From Rhodocyclaceae bacterium (GTDB taxonomy: Bacteria; Pseudomonadota; Gammaproteobacteria; Burkholderiales; Ga0077523): DNA of 64,000 nucleotides. Location: assembly GCA_020248405.1 (NCBI GenBank), contig JADCHQ010000005.1, positions 5,708 through 69,707 of the forward strand, given 5' to 3'. A program made the translations under genes and the position numbers. Under the pieces are notes generated by a model. That model worked only from the letters and a program-made list of their open reading frames with translations. It was not told where the DNA came from and did no database searches. Below are positions 44,397 to 53,076 of this stretch, piece by piece; within the stretch, counting starts at the first letter, position 1, and each line of letters starts with the position of its first letter.

Positions 44397-44776
44397 CGCC
44401 GCAGTTGCGCCGTCTCCACCATCAGCAGGATGACCGAAACCAGGTTGGCCATGAAGGCGCCCCCGGCCAGGGACACCACGCTGGATACGGCCGCAGGGGT
44501 GAGGCCCGCCGGGCTGGCGTTGGCAGCCCAAGCCCACACCACCGCACCGGCCATCAACTGCAGGTCCGCCACCAGGCTCGCGGCCAGGTGGATGGCGCCC
44601 ATCTGGGTGCGGTCTCCGAACTTCAGCACCGTGGCCACCAGGTTCACCACGATGGCGGCGAACATCTCGTAGATGTTGTGCTGGGCGGGATCGGTGGGGT
44701 CGCCGATGAAGAACCCGAAGTTCATGGTCATGGCAAGAATGATGAAGAAGCCAAACACAACCTTTTCAAGGTTCAC
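44393..44776 (-). CDS. small 4-TM membrane protein translationally coupled to the K+ channel
   Basis: The GTG at 44776 is preceded by AGGGGG. It reads VNLEKVVFGFFIILAMTMNFGFFIGD...; 127 aa with four hydrophobic helices. It may belong to a DUF family (DUF6394 from memory, unverified). Confidence 0.6.
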   Translation of the reverse strand: MNLEKVVFGFFIILAMTMNFGFFIGDPTDPAQHNIYEMFAAIVVNLVATVLKFGDRTQMGAIHLAASLVADLQLMAGAVVWAWAANASPAGLTPAAVSSVVSLAGGAFMANLVSVILLMVETAQLRR

Positions 44777-45057
44777 GTCACCCCCTGCGGCGAATGGACC
44801 GCGCCGTTGTCGCACCGGGCGGCAGCCATGTCAATGGCGCCCCTTCCACGGGAGAGCGCGTGCTTTCCGGGGTTTGGCGTTGAAGGCGGCGAACCCGCCC
44901 CGTCAAAGCCGACGGCGACGGGTTGAACGCCGGAGGCTAATCCTGGATCATGCGCGCCCTCGCTGGTAACGGGCTTGCGCCCGTTGCGGGCGAAGGCGTC
45001 GGCCGTATTGCAACGCGGACGTCGTTTCAATCAATTACGACATGGAGTTTTCCTGAA

Positions 45058-45189
45058 ATGACTGGCATGGTTCTTCTCGGCGGCCCGCTGCTCGTGGTGA
45101 TCGGCTGCCTGTTTTGGGTGCTGTCTCTGTCCAACGAACAGGCGCGCGTGAATGCCGAAGTGTGGGCGAAGCACGGCGTGCGGTCGTAA
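45058..45189 (+). CDS. 43-aa single-TM peptide
   Basis: ATG at 45058 with GGAG about 11 nt upstream. It reads MTGMVLLGGPLLVVIGCLFWVLSLSNEQARVNAEVWAKHGVRS and is followed directly by a strong intrinsic terminator. GC is lower than in the surroundings. Confidence 0.4.
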   Translation: MTGMVLLGGPLLVVIGCLFWVLSLSNEQARVNAEVWAKHGVRS

Positions 45190-45208
45190 GCATCCGCTGT
45201 TCCGAAAG

Positions 45209-45236
45209 AGCCCCGCCTGCGCGCGGGGCTTTTTTC
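45209..45236 (+). terminator. rho-independent terminator (AGCCCCGC-loop-GCGGGGCT + TTTTTT)
   Basis: An 8-bp GC stem followed by a T6 run, 20 nt after the stop of the 43-aa ORF. Confidence 0.7.
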
Positions 45237-45261
45237 GTGTGCGCGCCGCGACTGTCGCTGC

Positions 45262-45292
45262 AAACAAAAAACCCCGCCGGAGCGGGGTTTTC
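45262..45292 (-). terminator. rho-independent terminator of the cold-shock gene
   Basis: On the minus strand it reads AACCCCGC-TCCG-GCGGGGTT followed by TTTTGTTTG, about 20 nt after the csp stop. Confidence 0.75.
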
Positions 45293-45311
45293 AGGGAGTG
45301 CGCCAGTGGCG

Positions 45312-45518
45312 TCACTCCATGGGACGAATGTTCGTCGCCTGCTTGCCCTTGGGGCCCTGGACGATCTCGAATTCGACCTTCTGGTTTTCCTTGAGGGTCT
45401 TGAAACCCTTGGACTGGATGGCGGAGAAATGCGCGAAGAGGTCTTCGCCGCCGCCATCGGGCTTGATGAAGCCAAAACCCTTGGCGTCGTTAAACCACTT
45501 CACGGTGCCGGTACTCAT
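45312..45518 (-). CDS. cspA: cold-shock protein, CspA family
   Basis: [34 protein letters not shown]... contains the RNP1 (KGFGFI) and RNP2 (LFAHF) motifs. 68 aa. Confidence 0.95.
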   Translation of the reverse strand: MSTGTVKWFNDAKGFGFIKPDGGGEDLFAHFSAIQSKGFKTLKENQKVEFEIVQGPKGKQATNIRPME

Positions 45519-45861
45519 GCGTGTGTCTTCCTTACAAAGAGTCGAAAATCGGGCGCGCGCGAGCGCCACGCCCATACCGCGGGAAGTTCAAGGGAGAAGG
45601 ACGGAGACTCGGGGGCACCGCTGGAGGCGGTTGCGACCGGCCGGCGACTTCACGGCCCGGAAATCCTGCATCGGCGCTTATACCCGTGGCCTTGGCCAGG
45701 GTCAAGAACAAACTTCACTGCCTGGTGTAACCGGCGCGGCGGCGGCGCCGCGAGGGCGGCATCGGGGGGCGGCGGGCGCTGGCGCGCGGGCGTCCACCGG
45801 CCTTGGGCGCGACTCTTTAGTTGGCGGCGCGCCTCTTGCATCATGTGCGCCGTGTCATTGG

Positions 45862-46428
45862 ATGCGGGAGCCAGCCATGCAGGCAAGCCGGTGCTCATCC
45901 AGCTATTCCTCCACGCTGTCGCTGGTGGCGCACCGGCGCGCGCCGTCGCCGCGATTACCCGGGGCGCTGGACGCGCTGTTCGCGGCCCTGGCGGCCAGCA
46001 CAGGCGCTGCGGAGGCCGAAGGCACCGAGGCCCGAATCTGGTCCTTGTGGATGCACCATCCCCACCGGCGCGCCGCCCGCGATCTCGACCTGGCCTCTTC
46101 CGAGATCGCGGGCCAGTGCCACGATCTCGCCGAGACCCGGCTCGCGCGGCTGTTGCGTGCCGATCCCGATTACGCCGAAGCCTGGAACAAGCAGGCCACG
46201 CTGTTCTACCTACTGGAGCGCGACGAGGAATGTCTGGCGAGCCTGCATCAAGCCCTGGCCCTGGAACCGCGCCATTTCGGTGCGCTGTGCAGCCTCGCCG
46301 AGGTGCTCGCCGGGCTGGGCGATACCGAGGGTGCCCTGTTCGCCTTCGAATCGGCGCTGCGCATCCACCCTCACCTCCAGCAGGCCCGCCAGCGGATGGC
46401 GAACCTGCGGGGAGGCGAGCCACACTAA
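45862..46428 (+). CDS. tetratricopeptide repeat protein
   Basis: TPR-like helices (DPDYAEAWNKQATLFYLLERDEECLASLHQALALEPRHFGALCSLAEVLAGLGDTEGALFAFESALRIHP). The start is the ATG at 45862 or at 45877. Confidence 0.7.
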   Translation: MREPAMQASRCSSSYSSTLSLVAHRRAPSPRLPGALDALFAALAASTGAAEAEGTEARIWSLWMHHPHRRAARDLDLASSEIAGQCHDLAETRLARLLRADPDYAEAWNKQATLFYLLERDEECLASLHQALALEPRHFGALCSLAEVLAGLGDTEGALFAFESALRIHPHLQQARQRMANLRGGEPH

Positions 46429-46447
46429 GCCGCCACCCCATCGGTGG

Positions 46448-47083
46448 CTATCGGGTGGCTACGCGAATGCGCTGCGCGATCCCGTTTGAAAGTTCGTCCG
46501 CGACTTGCGCCACATCACGGCGCACCAGCCGATCGAGGGCGGAACCCTGATGAAGTAGCCAGCCGTTCTGGAGGCGCACCACCGCAATTTGCTCCCCGTC
46601 GGGGATGCTCGTGATGTTTGCCACCGCGCTTGCGGGCCAGCCGTCCAGGTCGTAGCTCGCCGCCACATGGACAACTGCGGTTCGCCCCGGCAAGGCCGCC
46701 GGTTGCGATTGGTCGGCGTTTACCGGGGAACGCCCCTTGGCTGGAAGCCCTCTTTGACGCAGCGCGCCGGTTGTCATGGCAGCCAGCGCAGAGTCCTCGA
46801 TCACCACCAGGTTCTCCACCCTTGCCGCCTCCGCCGGGGCCGTGCTGTCGGATGTCATTTTCGGCAACGCGCAACCCGCCAGGCACACTGTCGTGAACGC
46901 CGACAGGGCCGCCGTTCGAAAGAAACTTCCCCGCCCTATGCTACCGGCGTGCGGAGGATCTTGGGCCATGCGGGACGGGCACTTGGTGCCCGCATTTCCG
47001 CGGGTACTCACGGCGCCCCTTGGTTTTTCGGCGTTTGCGAGTTCTTGATTCGTGGTTTGCGCACCGGAAGCGGCTTTGTTCAT
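46448..47083 (-). CDS. hypothetical lipoprotein
   Basis: Lipobox FTTVCLAGC. The ATG at 47083, or the internal ATG at 46969 (MAQDPPHAGSIGRGSFFRTAALSAFTTVCLAGC), could be the start. I recognise no family. Confidence 0.55.
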   Translation of the reverse strand: MNKAASGAQTTNQELANAEKPRGAVSTRGNAGTKCPSRMAQDPPHAGSIGRGSFFRTAALSAFTTVCLAGCALPKMTSDSTAPAEAARVENLVVIEDSALAAMTTGALRQRGLPAKGRSPVNADQSQPAALPGRTAVVHVAASYDLDGWPASAVANITSIPDGEQIAVVRLQNGWLLHQGSALDRLVRRDVAQVADELSNGIAQRIRVATR

Positions 47084-47123
47084 GGCAACTCTCCATAGCT
47101 GGTTGGTATCAGAACTTGAGGAA

Positions 47124-47140
47124 GTGGAAAAAGTTTCCAC
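47124..47140. promoter_or_regulatory. perfect palindrome GTGGAAA-AAG-TTTCCAC in a divergent promoter region, with an extra TTTCCAC half-site at 47164-47170
   Basis: Read from the AT-richer 91-bp gap between the divergent genes at 47083 (minus) and 47175 (plus). A TATACT hexamer lies at 47189-47194. Confidence 0.4.
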
Positions 47141-47174
47141 ATCTCTAGTGTGTGCGGAATTTTTTTCCACGTCA

Positions 47175-48059
47175 ATGGGTGGGCCTGATATACTTTGCCG
47201 AGTGACCGAACCCACTCCACCCCAAGCCACTCAATTCCAGCTTGACGCCGTACGCCGAATGATCACGCCAGTCGTCAGGCTGCTGCTGCACTTCGGCATC
47301 ACCTATCCCGTGTTCGCCGAGTTGCTCAAGCGCGTTTATGTGCAGGTGGCAGACCGCGAACTGACCTTGCCTGATCGCGAGCAGACCGCGAGCAGGCTTG
47401 CGCTTCTCACGGGTATTCATCGCCAGGACATACGGCGCCTGCGCGAAATCACCAGCGCCGGGGGCGAAACGCCCATCGAAAAGGCGAGTTCGGCGGCCGC
47501 CCTTTCGCCTCGCCTTCTTATGACCTGGACTCAGAATCCCCGCTTCCGCGATCCCGCAGGCGCTCCGCGCTTGCTGCATCGCTCCGCTTCGCAGGGCAGC
47601 CCGTCCTTCGAGGAACTCGTGGAAGGCTTGAGCAAGGACATCCGTCCGAGAGCCGTGCTGGACGAATGGCTGCGCCTCGGTCTCGTCGAGATCACCGGGG
47701 AGGGTCTGCTCGAACTCAAAGCGCGGGAATTCGTGCCGAAGGGATCACTACCCGCCAAGACAGAGTTGATGGCTAACATCATCTCGGACCACGTGAGCGC
47801 CGCCGTCCATAACGTGCGCAGCGACGCTGCACCGTTCTTCGATCGGCGCGTGCGTGTGGAGGGACTGACGCCGGAGGCTTTGCTTCAGTTGCGGGCGATG
47901 GTGAAGGAACGCGGCATGGCATTCCTGCAGGAACTCAATGCCGCGGCCGCCAAGTTGACCGAGGGCGAGGCAGAGGGACCTACGCACCGCATGAGCATCG
48001 GACTTTTTGAATACGAAGAACGGGAGCAAACCAATGAAGCTCAATCTCGTAACCACTAG
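47175..48059 (+). CDS. hypothetical protein with an HTH-like segment (possible regulator)
   Basis: The segment EQTASRLALLTGIHRQDIRRL looks like a helix-turn-helix. The rest is helical and acidic at the C-terminus. The start is uncertain (ATG 47175, GTG 47202 or ATG 47259). It may match DUF6502, from memory and unverified. Confidence 0.6.
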   Translation: MGGPDILCRVTEPTPPQATQFQLDAVRRMITPVVRLLLHFGITYPVFAELLKRVYVQVADRELTLPDREQTASRLALLTGIHRQDIRRLREITSAGGETPIEKASSAAALSPRLLMTWTQNPRFRDPAGAPRLLHRSASQGSPSFEELVEGLSKDIRPRAVLDEWLRLGLVEITGEGLLELKAREFVPKGSLPAKTELMANIISDHVSAAVHNVRSDAAPFFDRRVRVEGLTPEALLQLRAMVKERGMAFLQELNAAAAKLTEGEAEGPTHRMSIGLFEYEEREQTNEAQSRNH

Positions 48060-48639
48060 CCTCCTCGTTGTTGCAGGCGCTGCAGGACTCGCGGGGTGTG
48101 AAGCCATGCGGCTGCCCGCCGTGGTGGCTGGCGGATCGGTCATCGAGGGCACGGGATTGGACAGCAAGCGGGCCGGCTCGGCGATCAAACAACCACCGTC
48201 CGTGCCCGCCCAACCGATCGTGGTGCTGGCCCTCGAGGGCTCGGCGTTCGCCCCGGCCCCCTTGAAAGCGGGAGATGGCTTCTACAGTGACATGACCTTC
48301 GACCTGCGCGATGGCTCCGCCCATCTGGGTCTGCCAGGCGCCGTGACTTACTTTGTCACCGGGCCGGCACGCGTGCGCTTCGAAATGCAGCAGGGCCTCA
48401 TCTTCCCCCTCATCGAGACCGGCACGGTGGACGCCCCGAACGGCGGCCGTGTCGCCACGCCACGGATCGCAGCCCTGGACTGCAAGAGCAGCTTTCACAT
48501 CGCGCGGAGCGCGCAAACCACCACCTTCCACTGCGCCCACGGCTTCCTGCGCTGGACGCGCGATAGCAAGCTGATTGCGCTTGAAGACGCAAACGCCTGG
48601 GTGGTTGACGAAACCCAACGCCGGGTGACACGCCAATAG
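48034..48639 (+). CDS. lipoprotein with FecR-like beta-rich domain
   Basis: GGGAG Shine-Dalgarno site and lipobox MKLNLVTTSLLVVAGAAGLAGC. The body (FDLRDGSAHLGLPGAV...VATPRIAALDCKSSFHI...TFHCAHGFLRW) resembles FecR-domain periodicity. It overlaps the preceding gene by 26 nt. Confidence 0.6.
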   Translation: MKLNLVTTSLLVVAGAAGLAGCEAMRLPAVVAGGSVIEGTGLDSKRAGSAIKQPPSVPAQPIVVLALEGSAFAPAPLKAGDGFYSDMTFDLRDGSAHLGLPGAVTYFVTGPARVRFEMQQGLIFPLIETGTVDAPNGGRVATPRIAALDCKSSFHIARSAQTTTFHCAHGFLRWTRDSKLIALEDANAWVVDETQRRVTRQ

Positions 48640-48885
48640 GGCCTGGTGGCGTGCCATCGTCCCCCACCGGCCCGTTGCCGTGCTTGCTCGGGCCACCATG
48701 AGTCTCTCCATCCGCGCCGTTGGAATCGCCTTGAGCGTTTGGTGGATGCCTCGTCGGCTGACGGTGGCGCGCAGTACCGGGGTTTCCCCCTGGCGGCGGG
48801 TTTGGTGGGCCGCGGTCATTCGACCCGCGCTGCGGTTGGGGCAGCTCGCGCCCGGGGAAATGCCCTGCGCCGCCAGGACGCGCCC

Positions 48886-49647
48886 ATGAGCGGCGTCGTG
48901 GCCGCGGCCTTGCAGGGGAGCATGCCCGGTGAGTGCTTCACACGCCGTGAACCGCTGGCCAAGTATCTGGCCTGCGCCGATTACATCTCCAGTTCCGCGC
49001 TGCGGCGCTTCCAGCGTCACGGCATGACTCCCGAGCTGGCCACGGTGTCGCAGCCGCCGCCGCGCGGGGCCTCGCTGGGCGACGCGTTGCACGCCATGCT
49101 GCTGGAACCCGATCGTTTCGAGGAGAACTTCGTGCAGGCCGCCCCCGGCACTCCGGTGGCGCGGTTGCGCGGGCCGGAGGAACTGTTCGAGCGCGCGTGG
49201 CTGTCGGCGCGCGAGTGCGAAGCGCTGCGCGCCATGGCCCGCGGCGTGCGCGAATGCACCCGTCCGCGGATCTCCGGCTGGCTGGAGCACGGCGCCAAGG
49301 AGTTGTCTCTCTACTGGAGCGATGCGGGGGGCGGTCGCTGGAAGGGCCGCCCCGACTGTTTCACCGAGGAGGTCATCCTCGAACTGAAGACCGCCAGCGA
49401 CATCCGCCCGCAGCGCTTTGCCCGGGCGCGCGAGCGCTTCGGATACGACCTGCAGGCCGCCCTGTACCTGGAGGGGGTCGAGCGCCTCACCGGGACACGG
49501 CCGCGCTTCCTGTACGTGGTGGTGGAATCGGTACGGCCCCACGCGGTGTGGGTCCAGGAACCCTCGCCCGAGGAGCTGGCCCGGGCGCGGCTGAGCCTGC
49601 AAGCGGTCCGTGCCCGCTTTCTGGCGGCCCTTGGCGCGGGCGCCTGA
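48886..49647 (+). CDS. PD-(D/E)XK nuclease-like domain protein (DUF3799 / RecE-Cas4-like fold)
   Basis: Motifs [27 protein letters not shown] (D...ExK) and YDLQAALY (QxxxY). 253 aa from the ATG at 48886. Confidence 0.75.
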   Translation: MSGVVAAALQGSMPGECFTRREPLAKYLACADYISSSALRRFQRHGMTPELATVSQPPPRGASLGDALHAMLLEPDRFEENFVQAAPGTPVARLRGPEELFERAWLSARECEALRAMARGVRECTRPRISGWLEHGAKELSLYWSDAGGGRWKGRPDCFTEEVILELKTASDIRPQRFARARERFGYDLQAALYLEGVERLTGTRPRFLYVVVESVRPHAVWVQEPSPEELARARLSLQAVRARFLAALGAGA

Positions 49648-49718
49648 GGCGGCGGGCCCGCTATACTCGAAGCACCACCTTTTCCGGCCTGCCGCCACCG
49701 ATTTCCGGGACACTTCCC

Positions 49719-50720
49719 ATGAAGGGCATCACCCTCACCCGCTACCTGATCGAGGAACAACGCGCCGCCGCGCACATCGAGGGCGACTTGCGCCTGCTGG
49801 TGGAGGTGGTGGCCCGCGCCTGCAAGGCCATCAGCATCGCCATCGGCAAGGGTGATCTGGCGGGGGTGCTGGGCAACGCCGGCACCGGTAACGTGCAGGG
49901 AGAAGCGCAAAAGAAGCTGGATGTGATCTCCAATGAAATCCTGCTCGAAGCCAACGAGTGGGGCGGCCACCTCGCCGCCATGGCTTCGGAGGAAATGGAA
50001 AAGCCCTACGCCATTCCCCACCGCTATCCCAAAGGCGAGTACCTGCTGCTGTTCGACCCGCTGGATGGGTCGTCCAACATCGACGTGAACGTCTCGGTGG
50101 GCACCATCTTCTCGGTGCTGCGCTGCCCCGAGGGGGTGGCCGAGCCGGGCGAGCATCACTTCCTGCAACCGGGCACGCGCCAGGTGTGCGCCGGCTACGC
50201 CGTGTACGGACCCACCACGCTGCTGGTGCTCACCCTGGGTAACGGCACCCACTGCTTCACCCTCGACCGCGAGATGGGCAGCTTCATCCTCACCGAAGAG
50301 AACCTGCGCATCCCCGAAGACACGCGGGAATTCGCCATCAACATGTCCAACCAGCGCCACTGGGAAGCGCCGGTACGCCGCTACGTGGACGAGTTGCTGG
50401 CGGGAAAACCCGGTCCGCGCGGCAAGGACTTCAACATGCGCTGGGTAGCCTCCATGGTAGCCGACGTGCACCGCATCCTGTCGCGCGGTGGCATCTTCAT
50501 GTATCCACGCGACGCGCGCGAGCCCGACAAGCCCGGCAAGCTGCGGCTGATGTACGAGGCCAACCCCATGGCCATGATCGTCGAGCAGGCGGGCGGAGCG
50601 GCCACCGACGGCAACAGGCGCATCCTGGATGTACAGCCCGACGGGTTGCACCAGCGCGTGGCGGTGTTCCTGGGGTCGCGCAATGAAGTGCAACGGGTAA
50701 GCGCCTACCACGGTCCGTGA
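49719..50720 (+). CDS. fbp: class 1 fructose-1,6-bisphosphatase
   Basis: [15 protein letters not shown]..., [43 protein letters not shown]. 333 aa. Confidence 0.95.
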   Translation: MKGITLTRYLIEEQRAAAHIEGDLRLLVEVVARACKAISIAIGKGDLAGVLGNAGTGNVQGEAQKKLDVISNEILLEANEWGGHLAAMASEEMEKPYAIPHRYPKGEYLLLFDPLDGSSNIDVNVSVGTIFSVLRCPEGVAEPGEHHFLQPGTRQVCAGYAVYGPTTLLVLTLGNGTHCFTLDREMGSFILTEENLRIPEDTREFAINMSNQRHWEAPVRRYVDELLAGKPGPRGKDFNMRWVASMVADVHRILSRGGIFMYPRDAREPDKPGKLRLMYEANPMAMIVEQAGGAATDGNRRILDVQPDGLHQRVAVFLGSRNEVQRVSAYHGP

Positions 50721-50786
50721 CGGCTGCCGCTCACCGACAGCGGGGCTTGCGGCACATCAATACCCGCGGCGGCGGGTTGCGGTTAC

Positions 50787-51100
50787 ATGGAGTGGGGAAG
50801 CACCGCGAGGAGGCCTCCAGCCATACTCACCATCGAAGATTGCATCGCGCTCTCGGAGCTCACCGAGGAGGAGATCCTCGCCATCGCCGCCCATGAGGGC
50901 ATCCCGGAAATGGCGGCGGGGTTGAGTTGGGCAACTATCTGCTGCGAACGCCCGGGGGAGAATGGCGCGTGGCCGCCATGATCCGCGATGACATCGCGCT
51001 CGCCACAGGGTGCGGCGATCTGCGCCGTGCAGCGCTGCTAAGGCACTGCCTGAAACATTTCCTGAGGAATCACCCGGGCCTTGGCGCCGGGACCTGCTGA
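50787..51100 (+). pseudogene. small conserved-looking ORF split by a frameshift in a G-run
   Basis: Frame A reads MEWGSTARRPPAILTIEDCIALSELTEEEILAIAAHEGIPEMAA. The sense then continues in another frame as GVELGNYLLRTPGGEWRVAAMIRDDIALATGCGDLRRAALLRHCLKHFLRNHPGLGAGTC*. The switch is at GGGG 50918-50921, and one more G would restore a single 104-codon frame. Confidence 0.45.
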
Positions 51101-51212
51101 GAAACTGCACGGCTCGCGCGAACCGCGGGCCGCAGCTGCGCCGCCGGGAAGCGACGCCCGGTGGCAGCGCGCCAGGCCATGAGGCCTGCAGCGCGCCACC
51201 CCGAAAACGAAC

Positions 51213-51635
51213 TCAGCTCAGATGACCGCTGACGAGCTTCGTCATCTCGAACATGGACACCTGCTTCTTGCCGCCGAACACGCTCTTGAGCTTGTCGTCG
51301 GCGTTGATCATGCGCTTGTTCTTGGCATCCTGAAGACCGTTCTTCTTGATGTATTCCCACACCTTCTTGGTCACTTCAGTGCGCGGCAGTGCCTTGTCAC
51401 CCACTACTGCCGCCAGCGTGGCGCTGGGGGTCATGGGCTTCATGAAGGCAGCGTTCGGGGTGCGCTTCTTGGCGGGCGCCGCTTTCTTGGCGGCGGGCGC
51501 AGCCTTCTTGGCGGGAGCCGCCTTCTTGGCTACAGGCTTCTTGGCGGGCGCGGCCTTCTTGGCAGCGGGCTTCTTGGCGGGCGCGGCCTTCTTGGCAGCG
51601 GGCTTCTTTGCGGCGGGTTTCTTGGCTACGGCCAT
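51213..51635 (-). CDS. SWIB/MDM2 domain protein with histone-H1-like Ala/Lys/Pro repeat N-terminus
   Basis: N-terminus MAVAKKPAAKKPAAKKAAPAKKPAAKKAAPAKKPVAKK..., followed by the SWIB core LPRTEVTKKVWEYIKKNGLQDAKNKRMINADDKLKSVFG. Confidence 0.85.
   Translation of the reverse strand: MAVAKKPAAKKPAAKKAAPAKKPAAKKAAPAKKPVAKKAAPAKKAAPAAKKAAPAKKRTPNAAFMKPMTPSATLAAVVGDKALPRTEVTKKVWEYIKKNGLQDAKNKRMINADDKLKSVFGGKKQVSMFEMTKLVSGHLS
51535..51600. repeat. exact 33-bp tandem duplication inside the SWIB gene
   Basis: GGCTTCTTGGCGGGCGCGGCCTTCTTGGCAGCG occurs twice back to back (51535-51567 and 51568-51600). It encodes two copies of an 11-residue AKK-type repeat and is flanked by degenerate copies. Confidence 0.9.
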
Positions 51636-51955
51636 CGATGCCTCCGATCCGGGTTGGCGACAGGTACGTCCAGTGACGCAAGACGGGCTGGGTAAACAAA
51701 AGTTGAAACAGGGTGCTGTCGCCCGACGCGGCGCCGCAACGACAACGCGGCCCGAGAATGCCCAATCCACCGACACATGACAAGTGCTTTGCCGTGCTTT
51801 TTCCCTCGTGGCGGAAGGCGCCGGCCCGGGCAGACCCGGCTGGGATAGGGCCAGGGGAGCGTCCCGCAACGCAACCGCAATCGCCGGGCCGCCGCCCGGC
51901 AAGGCGGGAACCGCCTCGGGCGGCGTACGGGCGGCCGGATGCTCGACCGGCGCTG

Positions 51956-52510
51956 TCAGGTGCCTCGCGCCCGGCTGGGGAACCGGCGCAGGAACTTATC
52001 CACCTTCGGCGCCACCACGAAGCGGCAATAGGGCTGGTTCGGGTTGCGGGTGAAGTACTCGTCGTGGTACTCCTCGGCGGGATGAAAGGGCGCAACGGGC
52101 ACGATTTCGGTGACGATGGGCGCGGCGAAGGCGCGGTCGCGGTCAAGCCGCACCACGGTCTCGCGCGCCACCCGCTCCTGGGGGGCGTCGTGGTAGAAGA
52201 TGGCCGAACGGTACTGGCTGCCCACGTCGTTGCCCTGGCGGTCGGGCGTGGTGGGATCGTGGATGGCGAAGAACACCTCCAGCAGGTCGGCAAAGCTCGT
52301 CACCGCGGGGTCGAAGCGCACCTGCACCACCTCGGCATGCCCGGTGTCTCCCTCGCACACGTCGCGGTAGGTGGGATCGGGCGTGTGCCCTCCCATGTAG
52401 CCCGACTTCACCCCCAGCACCCCCTCCAGGCGCAGGTACACGGCTTCAAGGCACCAGAAGCAGCCCCCGGCGAGGGTTGCGACGGATTCGGATGGGGCGG
52501 GACTGTTCAT
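51956..52510 (-). CDS. msrA: peptide-methionine (S)-S-oxide reductase
   Basis: Motifs [23 protein letters not shown] and [10 protein letters not shown]. 184 aa from the ATG at 52510. Confidence 0.95.
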   Translation of the reverse strand: MNSPAPSESVATLAGGCFWCLEAVYLRLEGVLGVKSGYMGGHTPDPTYRDVCEGDTGHAEVVQVRFDPAVTSFADLLEVFFAIHDPTTPDRQGNDVGSQYRSAIFYHDAPQERVARETVVRLDRDRAFAAPIVTEIVPVAPFHPAEEYHDEYFTRNPNQPYCRFVVAPKVDKFLRRFPSRARGT

Positions 52511-52563
52511 GGCGCTGCGCTCCGTGCAATTGGCCCGGGGACGGCTATCGCCCCCACGGCAAA

Positions 52564-53076
52564 GTGGTACTGACCCTCGTGGCGGCCGGCGCGTTCGTGC
52601 TGCACGCCGCGGCCCTTGACTGGCGCCCCGTGGACGACGTGGTGATGGGCGGCCGCTCGGTATCCTCGGCGAGCGTCTCTCCCGGCGGCGCGCTGCTCTT
52701 CGAGGGCGCCGTGTCCCTTGAAAACGGCGGCGGCTTCGCCTCGCTGCGCAGCGGCCCCGCGCGGCACGACTTCTCGGGCGTCGCCGGCATCGTGCTGCGC
52801 CTGCGCGGCGACGGCAAGCGCTACCGCCTGTCGCTGCGCGCCGCGGCGGCCTTCGACGGCGTCCAGTACCAGGCCACATTCACTGCGCCTGCGGGTGACT
52901 GGTCGCTGGTGGAGCTGCCCTGGGAGCGCTTCGAGGCCCGTTTCCGCGGCCGGCCCGTGCCCGGCGCACCGCGCCTCGACCCGGCCCAGGTACAGTGGCT
53001 GGGGCTGGTGATCGGCGACCGCCAGGAAGGGCGATTCAGCCTGGAACTGGACTCGCTCCGGGCGCTGCTTCCCTGA
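52564..53076 (+). CDS. CIA30 family protein
   Basis: The blocks DDVVMGGRSVSS, ENGGGFASLRS and LVIGDRQEGRFSLELDSL resemble complex I intermediate-associated protein 30-like domains. The GTG at 52564 was chosen to avoid overlap with msrA; the ORF is open from 52477. Confidence 0.7.
   Translation: MVLTLVAAGAFVLHAAALDWRPVDDVVMGGRSVSSASVSPGGALLFEGAVSLENGGGFASLRSGPARHDFSGVAGIVLRLRGDGKRYRLSLRAAAAFDGVQYQATFTAPAGDWSLVELPWERFEARFRGRPVPGAPRLDPAQVQWLGLVIGDRQEGRFSLELDSLRALLP

Noticed and set aside
48680-48889. 69-codon ORF whose TGA overlaps the ATG of the PD-(D/E)XK nuclease gene (ATGA at 48886-48889)
   Set aside because: The translation (SVWWMPRRLTVARSTGVSPWRRVWWAAV...) is Trp/Arg-rich and not protein-like, and third-position bias is weaker than in neighbouring genes. 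It is kept only as a remote possibility of a coupled leader peptide.
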